Below, piece after piece: positions 8,915-18,066 of a stretch of 32,000 bases of DNA. The notes under the pieces are model-generated. The model made no database searches and was not told the origin of the DNA. It saw only the letters and a list, made by a program, of their open reading frames with translations. Each line of letters starts with the position of its first letter. The stretch's first letter is position 1. Both the position numbers and the translations under genes were made by a program. Source of the DNA: Edaphobacter aggregans (GTDB taxonomy: Bacteria > Acidobacteriota > Terriglobia > Terriglobales > Acidobacteriaceae); contig NZ_RSDW01000001.1 in assembly GCF_003945235.1 (NCBI RefSeq), forward strand, positions 4,950,001 through 4,982,000, read 5' to 3'.

Positions 8915-9405
8915 GTCTGAGCGCTCCTGGAGCCTTCGAAGTTGGGGCATTCGCGCAAAGCGCGAACCGTTTTCTCCTTCCCCCGTGCAATAGCCCCCCA
9001 CAACGACTCGTTACAGCCCAAAAATCGCGCCCCTTAGATTTCCACAGAAAATCTCAAAATGGTGGCATGTTTTTCGAACCCCGAAAACAGCCGTCCAGTT
9101 ACCACGCTAGCCACACTTTTCACCACTAGCCAACCACAAACCACCACGTTTTGCGCACACCCTTCCACAAAACCCCAGCAAAAACGGTCTTTCTTCCACC
9201 CCCACCACACCCAAAAAAAAATCACACAAACGCAACCTCCAGAGCTGCGTCATACTGGTCACGAGGAGCTCCTTGGATGTCTCTGACTCTGCCGCTTTGG
9301 CTGAGTCCCACAGAGATCCCGAATCAAGAGATTTGCCAAGCCGTCTCAGATACATAATTCTGTTCTAGGCAACGCATGGATTCCAGACTCAGTCGTTGGA
9401 CTTAA

Positions 9406-11691
<2,286 letters not shown>

Positions 11692-11900
11692 TCTTGGAAG
11701 GTAGGCCTAGCGGCCATACACTGCTCAACCTCGACCTGGCCCCCCGGCTCATCCCGGACTAGGTTGAGGTTTGAGTGGCTCCGAACCACTGCCTCTGATC
11801 AAATTTGGGCTTCATCGGAGTTGGGCGGAGAACCCGCCAGGTGTCAGGAAATAAGTTGCATGGAATAAATAATTTGAAAGGCGGTGGATTGGGTTGTACA

Positions 11901-11931
11901 AAGGGAAAAGCTCACTCTCAAAAGAGAGAGC
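11901..11931 (-). terminator. Rho-independent terminator downstream of the tRNA/tmRNA-like 3' end (minus strand)
   Basis: Minus strand reads GCTCTCTC-TTTT-GAGAGTGAGC (bulged stem) followed by TTTTCCCTTT. It lies 34 nt after the CCA end. Confidence 0.5.
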
Positions 11932-11964
11932 AAGCATAAGTTATTGATAGTAAATATCTAATGA

Positions 11965-11992
11965 TGGTGGAGGCGGCGGGAGTCGAACCCGC
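11965..11992 (-). other. 3' fragment of a tRNA- or tmRNA-like gene (T-arm, acceptor 3' strand, ACCA); putative att core at the island border
   Basis: Minus strand reads GCGGG-TTCGACT-CCCGC-CGCCTCC-A-CCA. The ...CUCCACCA end (U70, A73) is the Ala-type identity shared by tRNA-Ala and tmRNA. No anticodon or D arm can be folded from the sequence upstream of it. Confidence 0.6.
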
Positions 11993-12029
11993 ACAGGGTA
12001 TTGAGAATAGGTAAGTTACTGAATTCAGG

Positions 12030-12064
12030 AAAGGCCAAAAGGACAAGAAAGGCCAGAAAGGCAA
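12030..12064. repeat. Four helically phased direct repeats AAAGGnCA (candidate recombinase/RDF arm-type sites)
   Basis: AAAGGCCA 12030, AAAGGACA 12038, AAAGGCCA 12048, AAAGGCAA 12057 (spacing 8-10 bp), about 40 nt inside the putative att core. Confidence 0.35.
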
Positions 12065-12070
12065 ATCGAC

Positions 12071-12087
12071 TGTACAAACGTTGTACA
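12071..12087. promoter_or_regulatory. Inverted repeat TGTACAA-ACG-TTGTACA next to the direct repeats
   Basis: Perfect 7-bp arms with a 3-nt spacer. Candidate protein binding site at the island end. Confidence 0.3.
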
Positions 12088-12360
12088 AAATCGGGCTCCT
12101 TCCACGCCTGTCCGTGGCTGCTTACCTTGCGCCAATCCGATTCTAAATGCACCTCCTGGCTACGAAACTAGATTTTCTTCGCTCCGGTGGCGGTTAAGAA
12201 CTGAGTCTAAGCTGAGCTTGAGGCGTCTGTGTTCCGAGTCAGTCCATCCGCCGGAAACGCATTTGTAGATGGGAGGTCGGAAAAGCACCTTGGACTCCAC
12301 CAAATCATCATCCTCAATCCGAACCGATCCAACACCGCAACTGCTTTCGAAGCCGATACG

Positions 12361-12645
12361 TCAAGCAATACCCTGAAGGCGACGGTGAACCCGCTGGACG
12401 ACGCTCTCCGGGACCCGGAGAGTTGAATATCCTCTCTTGAATCTGGACTCTTCGTGAATCAGCTGTAGCACTCCGGGTTCGCGGGTGAATATTCGCCGGA
12501 TCGTTCTTTCGCTTAGTTCCCAGAGCTTCGCCAGCTCAGGTACGGAATAGTGCTTTTCCAAAGCCACTCCGGACCGCGGCCTGCGTATTCCGTCGTGGTT
12601 ACTCGAGTCAAGTGAGACTGTTGTCGGAGTGTTTTGAGGTTCCAT
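12361..12645 (-). CDS. Excisionase/AlpA-type helix-turn-helix DNA-binding protein
   Basis: HYSVPELAKLWELSERTIRRIFTREPGVLQL is a MerR-superfamily/excisionase-like HTH. Start taken at the internal ATG 12645 (MEPQNTP...), which follows GAGAG. Confidence 0.55.
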   Translation of the reverse strand: MEPQNTPTTVSLDSSNHDGIRRPRSGVALEKHYSVPELAKLWELSERTIRRIFTREPGVLQLIHEESRFKRGYSTLRVPESVVQRVHRRLQGIA

Positions 12646-12883
12646 TGTCATCTCTCGTTGCCAAATTTGAAAGCGCAGCAGCGAATCCCAAGTCATCTGA
12701 GAAGTACAGGCTGGTGCCGTCACCTGTTTTCCGACAGGGGAAAACGTGCACCATGTGTGTAAAACAGGTTCGAAATTCGGTCAAATGGCTCTGACGGAGC
12801 CGCCAGGGTCGACGGTGAGGTGGGCTAGCGCCATCACTAGGGTAAGCGGGACAATGATGCTCTTGACCAATCCGGTGCTTTCG

Positions 12884-13160
12884 GAATAGGGAAAACGCCG
12901 TCCGATTCTTAAGGATCACCATCTTATCTAATTCAATTTCCGAAGCCAGATTCAGGCTGTGCGTAGACACGATGAGCTGAATATCTTGTCCGTCCGGGCG
13001 CTTCTTGCGCACTTGATCCTGTAGAAAGCGCATCAGCCTGACACTGAGAGTGCCGGTGTGCTTCGTGTTTCCTCGATGATGAGCAGAGGAAACCCGTCGT
13101 TTTCGGAAGCTAGCAGCAATAGCTCACATGCCATGAAGATGAGGCTGAGCGGTGAACATC
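12884..13160 (-). pseudogene. Decayed C-terminal remnant of an ABC/SMC-type AAA ATPase (AAA_15/OLD-like)
   Basis: Three frames together give LSLIFMACELLLLASENDGFPLLIIEE (Walker B), then HEAH.H (PEAHLHP-like), then RLMRFLQDQV...QLIVSTHSLNLASEIELDKMVILKN (H-loop). At least two frameshifts, and no N-terminal Walker A part is present. Confidence 0.55.
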
Positions 13161-13357
13161 TTGGTCGTTATGTGTAAAACGAGTCCGGGTTTCAGTCAAA
13201 TTGCTGACTACAAGCTGGGAGGAGGGGCAGTTAAATTATTGAAAAAGTGAGCCTTACCCAATCGACAGGTTCGCGTCGCTGGCGAAGAACTGATTTCAAA
13301 ATTTAGGTCCTCTTACCGTTTTAAATTTGGGGAGCATAGCTGTAACCTTGCTCAGCA

Positions 13358-13849
13358 ATGAATGCTCTTCAGAAATCGGCCGATGAAATCGCAGCTTTGC
13401 TGCGCAGTGATTCAGCTTCGGAAGAACTCAAGCAGGCTGTCCGTCTGTTCTCTGAGGTCAATGTTGGACAGGCAATGAGCGACGCAGAAATGCTCGATCA
13501 GTTGTTTACTCGTCGTTTCGAAGCATGTCATGAAGAGTTTTTGGTTCACTCCGCCTGTAATTATCCCCATAATCAGGTGGCGATCGAACGGGTGATCAGA
13601 GAAATATCGAATAGCCGTTGCGACGCCGCGACCACACGCCTGATGAAAGCTATAGACAAGCTCAGAATTGAAAATGTCCAGCCTCGTGTACAGGGGCTCG
13701 AACTCTTCGCGATAGCCCGCGCGCTGATCTGCGTAAGTGTGAAGATGACGGGGGTTGACCAAGGGCTGAAAGATGCCCAATATGTTTTCGAGGCGGTATT
13801 GGACGACCTCACTCCCATGTTGAGGGAGATGCCAAATTCAGGGAGTTAA
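13358..13849 (+). CDS. Hypothetical protein (163 aa), no recognisable domain
   Basis: Intact ORF in the AT-richer island segment. Predicted helical and soluble. Confidence 0.5.
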   Translation: MNALQKSADEIAALLRSDSASEELKQAVRLFSEVNVGQAMSDAEMLDQLFTRRFEACHEEFLVHSACNYPHNQVAIERVIREISNSRCDAATTRLMKAIDKLRIENVQPRVQGLELFAIARALICVSVKMTGVDQGLKDAQYVFEAVLDDLTPMLREMPNSGS

Positions 13850-13854
13850 AAGTG

Positions 13855-14208
13855 ATGGGACGGAGACAATTGATTCTGACGGCGGCCCTTCTTATTTCAT
13901 CCATAGGGTGCAAAGTGGATCCGAAGCCTCCAACCGAGGCGGATGGGAGGCAGGTCTGGAAGAACCTCAACACGAGGTCTGGTCTTGATGGTGATCTTCA
14001 ACTTGCCGACTTCAAGAAGACTGACGGCCAGATGGCGGAGGTCAATGGTGTCAAGGTATACACGCTCTTCTACGAATTACACGAAAAACACCTGACCAAG
14101 CTGGGCCAATGGAAGCCGGGCGATATCGAGACTATCCGGTCGAACTATGGTTTTCAGAGGACAGAAAACGGGTGGCAGGGCCCTGAAGGGACTCATTTTC
14201 CCGATTGA
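13855..14208 (+). CDS. Putative lipoprotein
   Basis: Signal peptide with lipobox (LILTAALLISSIG-C). GGGAG lies 9 nt upstream of ATG 13855; GTG 13852 is an alternative start. Confidence 0.55.
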   Translation: MGRRQLILTAALLISSIGCKVDPKPPTEADGRQVWKNLNTRSGLDGDLQLADFKKTDGQMAEVNGVKVYTLFYELHEKHLTKLGQWKPGDIETIRSNYGFQRTENGWQGPEGTHFPD

Positions 14209-14243
14209 ACGGGTTTTTTGACCTAATTTCCAATCCGTCCTAA

Positions 14244-14276
14244 TCTCCCCCGGCTGATCAATTCAACCGGGGGAGA
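14244..14276 (+). promoter_or_regulatory. Perfect 10-bp stem hairpin whose 3' arm is the Shine-Dalgarno sequence of the MoxR-like gene
   Basis: TCTCCCCCGG-N13-CCGGGGGAGA. The 3' arm ends 4 nt before ATG 14281. No U-tract follows. Confidence 0.45.
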
Positions 14277-14280
14277 CGGG

Positions 14281-15231
14281 ATGTTCGAATCGCCGGAGCA
14301 AACCCTTTCAGCACTAAACAGGGTCGGGTATTTCACCGACTGCAAGACCGCGACGACGGTTTACCTCGCCGGAAACATCAACAAGCCCATCATGCTGGAG
14401 GGTCCTGCCGGCGCAGGTAAAACGGAGCTGGCCCAGTCGGTGGCACGCGCGGCCGGAGCAGACCTTATCCGGCTGCAGTGCTATCAGGGCATCAACGAAG
14501 AAAAGGCCATCGGCCACTTCGACAAAAGTCTGCAAGAGCTGTTTGTCCTGCTCAAGACAAAATCAGAGGAAACCTGCGACTGGGCACAAATCCGCCAGGA
14601 TGTGACCAGCCGTGCGTTTTTCCTTGCCGGCCCTTTGCTGACGGCAATCGAGAGGGAAAAGCGCTGTGTTCTGCTGATCGACGAGATCGATAAGGTTGAT
14701 TACGCATTTGAGGCACTTTTGCTTGAGGTGCTTTCGGACTGGACTATTTCGATTCCGAAGATGGGTACCGTCAAAGCGACAACGGTTCCGTTTGTCTTTA
14801 TGACATCCAACCAGGAACGACGGCTCGGGGACCCTCTTCGGCGGCGCAGCTTTTACCTGATCGTTGAGCACCCGACGGCCGAGAGGGAAGCGGCGATCGT
14901 CAAAAGCAAGACCCCAACGGCTACTGCCGCAACCCATCGTTTCATCGCTGGCCTCGCGAAAGCGCTTCGCTCCTTCAATCTCGAAAAGCCACCGAGTATC
15001 TCGGAGATGAATGACGTGGCCCAGGCCATGCAGTTGCTCAGCATGGAAGAGATCCTGGCCGTTCACAAAGACATCATGCTTCCGTTGATCGTGAAGACCG
15101 AAGGCGATCGCAAGCGAATGCTTATGAAGCAGGCATTTGAGGTGATTATCTACACGGCCCAGAGGAACGCCGAAGCGATGGAGGCCCAGGAGGTTGCGGC
15201 GACAATCGCAAGGTTGGAGGCAAGTGCATGA
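14281..15231 (+). CDS. MoxR-like AAA+ ATPase (AAA_5/CbbQ-NorQ-type)
   Basis: Walker A GPAGAGKTELA, LIRLQCYQGINEEKAIGHFD, Walker B VLLIDEIDKV, and sensor region TSNQERRLGDPLRRRS. Its stop overlaps the next start (ATGA). Confidence 0.8.
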   Translation: MFESPEQTLSALNRVGYFTDCKTATTVYLAGNINKPIMLEGPAGAGKTELAQSVARAAGADLIRLQCYQGINEEKAIGHFDKSLQELFVLLKTKSEETCDWAQIRQDVTSRAFFLAGPLLTAIEREKRCVLLIDEIDKVDYAFEALLLEVLSDWTISIPKMGTVKATTVPFVFMTSNQERRLGDPLRRRSFYLIVEHPTAEREAAIVKSKTPTATAATHRFIAGLAKALRSFNLEKPPSISEMNDVAQAMQLLSMEEILAVHKDIMLPLIVKTEGDRKRMLMKQAFEVIIYTAQRNAEAMEAQEVAATIARLEASA

Positions 15232-15734
15232 GAGGGAAGCTAGTCGTGGCATTTTTCGCCGCTATGTCACTGAGTGCGGCGGCGCAAAGCTCACGCTCTT
15301 CCGAATTTACTGCTCCGGAGTCCGTGTACTACGCCAACGCATACGCTGACCACTACGGCGTTCCCCGCGAGCTGGTCCACGCAGTCATCGCGCAGGAATC
15401 TGGCTGGAATCAGCGTGCTCTCTCCGGAAAGGGCGCTATCGGACTCATGCAGTTGATGCCCGACACCGCAATCCGCTTCTCGGTGCAGAACCCCACCTCT
15501 ATTCAGGACAACATCGGCGGGGGCGTTCGCTACCTTGCCAAGCTCAGCGAACTCTTTCATGGCGATCTGCGCATGGTGGTTGCGGCCTACTACTGTGGCG
15601 AACACCACATTCTTACAAGTGGCCTGCGCTACCACAACGCCGAAGTGATCGCGTATGTCGGCTCGGTCGAGAAGAGGTACGAACGTGAGTTGGCGCTTCA
15701 TCATCCCGGCAACCTGAAAGGAACAGGACAATGA
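15228..15734 (+). CDS. Lytic transglycosylase (SLT domain), VirB1-like
   Basis: Signal peptide, then catalytic-Glu motif AVIAQESGWNQRALSGKGAIGLMQLMPDTA...VVAAYYCG. Confidence 0.8.
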   Translation: MRGKLVVAFFAAMSLSAAAQSSRSSEFTAPESVYYANAYADHYGVPRELVHAVIAQESGWNQRALSGKGAIGLMQLMPDTAIRFSVQNPTSIQDNIGGGVRYLAKLSELFHGDLRMVVAAYYCGEHHILTSGLRYHNAEVIAYVGSVEKRYERELALHHPGNLKGTGQ

Positions 15735-16708
15735 GAACTGTCTGCAATTGCATTTATGTCGCTATTACACTCGCATTCACAGCAGGCGGCTTGTGCCAGC
15801 AAGTGAAGGTGCAAGCGGTGACTGCGCCGCTCGCGGACCGCAAGTCTGAGCCAGTCGTGAGCGATGTCACGGTCTCGAAGGCAGCCGTCACCGATGTGCA
15901 TCTGCGGCCGCTCTTCACGACGACCATCCGTTTGCCTGATGCGGTCTCCTCCGTCGCTGTCGGTGCGCCGACTCTGTTTGAAGCCGAACATGCAGACCAG
16001 GAACCGCGGCTGGTCTACATCAAGCCCGCGACGAAGCAGCCCGCGGAGAGCAACCTCGTGATCACCATGCGGTCCGGTGAGACGATCAGCATGCGATTGA
16101 TTTCGGACGGGAACTCCGCCCTGAACGAACCGGTGGACTACATCGTCGATTACAAGCCGCAGGAGAGCTTCTTCATCGGATCATCCGATCCGATCACGCA
16201 GAAATCTCAGGCCCAGCGCACGGAAGAGAAGCATGACCCGCTCGATCTAGCTCTTCAGGGGCAGGCGCGAGTGTCCACGCCAGCCTGGCAGTCGAGCACC
16301 GCGCTCGATGAGAAGACGAGCAAGATAAGTTCTCCCTCCATCGTCGGGGCTCTGGGCGAAATCCGGGAGATCAACGGAAGGATGTTGGTGGCCTACTCCG
16401 TACGAAATCAGAGCAATCACTGGATTGAGGTGCTTCCGCCGCAGATCGAGGTAAGCAGCCCGGGCGACAAGAGCGAAATTAAGAAAAAAGACAGGAAGCA
16501 CATCGTCGAGGCGGAACAAGTCCCGGTAAACAGCTTCAAGGTCAATGGCCGCCGCCTAGCTCCTGGCGAAAGAGTGGATGGAGTCGTGACCTTCGATCGT
16601 CCCGGATTCAAGCAGAGCCAGGAAAGACTGCTTCTCGAGCTGGCCTCGGCCAACTCGGTTGATAAGCCCCTGTTGCTTCCAGTTCCGTTCGTCGCGCCCG
16701 GTAACTAA
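15731..16708 (+). CDS. VirB9/TrbG-like outer-membrane-complex protein (paralog 1)
   Basis: Signal peptide. The N-domain pattern VHLRPLFTTTIRLPDAVSSVAVGAPTLFEAEH...LVYIKPATKQPAESNLVITMRSGETISMRL matches the VirB9/CagX/TrbG fold signature. The C-terminal beta-domain is shared with the ORF at 30528. Confidence 0.55.
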   Translation: MRTVCNCIYVAITLAFTAGGLCQQVKVQAVTAPLADRKSEPVVSDVTVSKAAVTDVHLRPLFTTTIRLPDAVSSVAVGAPTLFEAEHADQEPRLVYIKPATKQPAESNLVITMRSGETISMRLISDGNSALNEPVDYIVDYKPQESFFIGSSDPITQKSQAQRTEEKHDPLDLALQGQARVSTPAWQSSTALDEKTSKISSPSIVGALGEIREINGRMLVAYSVRNQSNHWIEVLPPQIEVSSPGDKSEIKKKDRKHIVEAEQVPVNSFKVNGRRLAPGERVDGVVTFDRPGFKQSQERLLLELASANSVDKPLLLPVPFVAPGN

Positions 16709-16735
16709 TTCAGCTCTATTCCAAGGAGAATCCAT

Positions 16736-18013
16736 ATGCCGATGCCCAACCCACTTCCTGAAAGGGAAGAAGCGAATGTTCCTAGAGAGGAGGGGCACGT
16801 GGTTCCTCTCGATTCCTCTTCTGCCGAGCTCAAACCCTTCGTTTTGCCGAATCGGACCGGAGGCAAAGGAGGAAAAGACAAGACCGCCAAGATGCTGCTG
16901 ATTATGATCGGTGCCGTGATTCTTTTCGTAACCTTCTTTGGGTTTATTTCAACCAAGGGGTTGCACAAGAAAAAGGCCAGTGCTGATGAGGCAGCAAAGC
17001 CAAACCTAGGGAGAGTAGTCACGCCCAGCGCCCCTGGAGCACTCATACCAAGTGACAAGATGGCGGTGCCTCCCGCTGCGGGAAAGAGCGGTACACTCGA
17101 CGCGAGCGACATTGAAAAGACGAAGGCCCCTGTTACTGGCAGTGCCGCGGCAACTGCCGGCGCCAGTTCGGCGGCGCAAAAGGGCAGCGTTTCGGCTAAC
17201 AAGACGCTGGGAGATGTGGCTCAATTCCAGCAGCCGAATACCGATCCGGAACACCTGAAGAACTGGAAGCCGGAACCGTATTCAGGCACAAACCAGGGAA
17301 ACAACGCTTCGCAGTCCCAGGAGATCCAGAAAGAACAAGATGAGTTTTCAAAGCCCTCTGTGGTCTTCGTCGCCCACGAAACAACAGGGTCGCAGCGGGG
17401 TGGCATCCAGATGCAGCCGGAACCCGACAACTTCGGTTTAGAATCCGGCTACCATGTCGCAGCAAGACTGGAAGCAATGGCGAGTACCGCATTGCACGCG
17501 CCGGTGACCGCGGTGATCGAATACAACTACGATCGCAATGGAAAAATTCTTATACCGGCAGGTGCTCGCGCAGTCGGCAAAATCGCGCAGGCAGACGCCA
17601 CGGGGATTTTAGATATCCAGTTCAGTTCGATTGAGCTGCAGGATGGTCAATCCATTCCCATCTCAGCGATTGCAGCCACTACATCCCTGCAGGCATTGAA
17701 GGGACAGGTAACAGGAAAGAATGCTGGTCGCAGTTTCGCCATCCGCTCCCTGGCAGGTCTGGGACAAGCTGGAGCAATGCTCATCGGACAGGGAAATATC
17801 AATAGTGCAATCAGCGAGTCGGACATGATTCGCGAGCGAGCGGCGGAAAACATCGGCAACAGCGCGGACGCTCAGGTGATGAATCTAATGACGACGCAGC
17901 ACATTGTTGTCAGCGTTCCCGCTGGCACAGAGATCTACCTGATCTTCACCAAGCCTCAAAAGGTCAATCCAACTGCGGCCCAGACCATATCCGTTGCAAC
18001 CAACACTCAATAG
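16736..18013 (+). CDS. VirB10/TrbI-like protein
   Basis: N-terminal tail, one TM (LLIMIGAVILFVTFFGFI), an Ala/Pro-rich linker, and a C-terminal TrbI domain (ARLEAMASTALHAPVTAVIEYNY...ILIPAGARAVGKI...SVPAGTEIYLIF). AAGGAG RBS present. Confidence 0.8.
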   Translation: MPMPNPLPEREEANVPREEGHVVPLDSSSAELKPFVLPNRTGGKGGKDKTAKMLLIMIGAVILFVTFFGFISTKGLHKKKASADEAAKPNLGRVVTPSAPGALIPSDKMAVPPAAGKSGTLDASDIEKTKAPVTGSAAATAGASSAAQKGSVSANKTLGDVAQFQQPNTDPEHLKNWKPEPYSGTNQGNNASQSQEIQKEQDEFSKPSVVFVAHETTGSQRGGIQMQPEPDNFGLESGYHVAARLEAMASTALHAPVTAVIEYNYDRNGKILIPAGARAVGKIAQADATGILDIQFSSIELQDGQSIPISAIAATTSLQALKGQVTGKNAGRSFAIRSLAGLGQAGAMLIGQGNINSAISESDMIRERAAENIGNSADAQVMNLMTTQHIVVSVPAGTEIYLIFTKPQKVNPTAAQTISVATNTQ

Positions 18014-18034
18014 CGGACCCTCTCTTCGAGAGGA

Positions 18035-18066
18035 ACGGGCGGCCGAGCGCCGCCCGTTTTGTTTTT
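18035..18066 (+). terminator. Rho-independent terminator after the virB10-like gene
   Basis: ACGGGCGGC-CGAGC-GCCGCCCGT followed by TTTTGTTTTT. Confidence 0.8.

Noticed and set aside
9034-9357. Four small ORFs (63-82 aa) in the marR-katG intergenic region
   Set aside because: Their translations are low-complexity (P/T/H/K or W/G/V runs) and are dictated by the C/A-rich tract. They overlap each other on both strands and have no RBS.
9333-9360. katG promoter TTGCCA ... CATAAT/ATAATT
   Set aside because: Spacer lengths (14 or 16 nt, depending on which hexamer is used) and the hexamer quality are ambiguous. The evidence is not strong enough to annotate.
11965-12155. A complete ~190-nt structured RNA (tRNA with insertion, or a mini-tmRNA), because GGAGGTG at 12149-12155 (minus strand) can pair with the acceptor 3' strand CGCCTCC
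   Set aside because: No D arm, anticodon arm, tag-ORF or pseudoknot-like elements can be drawn in between. Position 3 would be A:U rather than the G:U expected for Ala identity. A 7-mer match allowing a wobble within a few hundred nt is plausible by chance.
12160-12360. Reading frame of the Xis/AlpA-like gene stays open for 66 more codons after its TGA stop (possible read-through or ancestral longer gene)
   Set aside because: An open stretch of this length has a few-percent chance expectation. The extension has no recognisable motif and runs into the repeat-rich att-proximal DNA. Xis/AlpA proteins are normally short.
12229-12426. 65-aa plus-strand ORF near the island end
   Set aside because: No RBS and no motif. 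It overlaps the 3' end of the HTH gene on the opposite strand.
12608-13033. 141-aa minus-strand ORF taken as an intact gene
   Set aside because: Only its first ~50 aa resemble an ATPase H-loop region. The rest is out-of-family sequence overlapping the HTH gene start. Upstream ATPase motifs are in other frames, so it is annotated as a pseudogene fragment.
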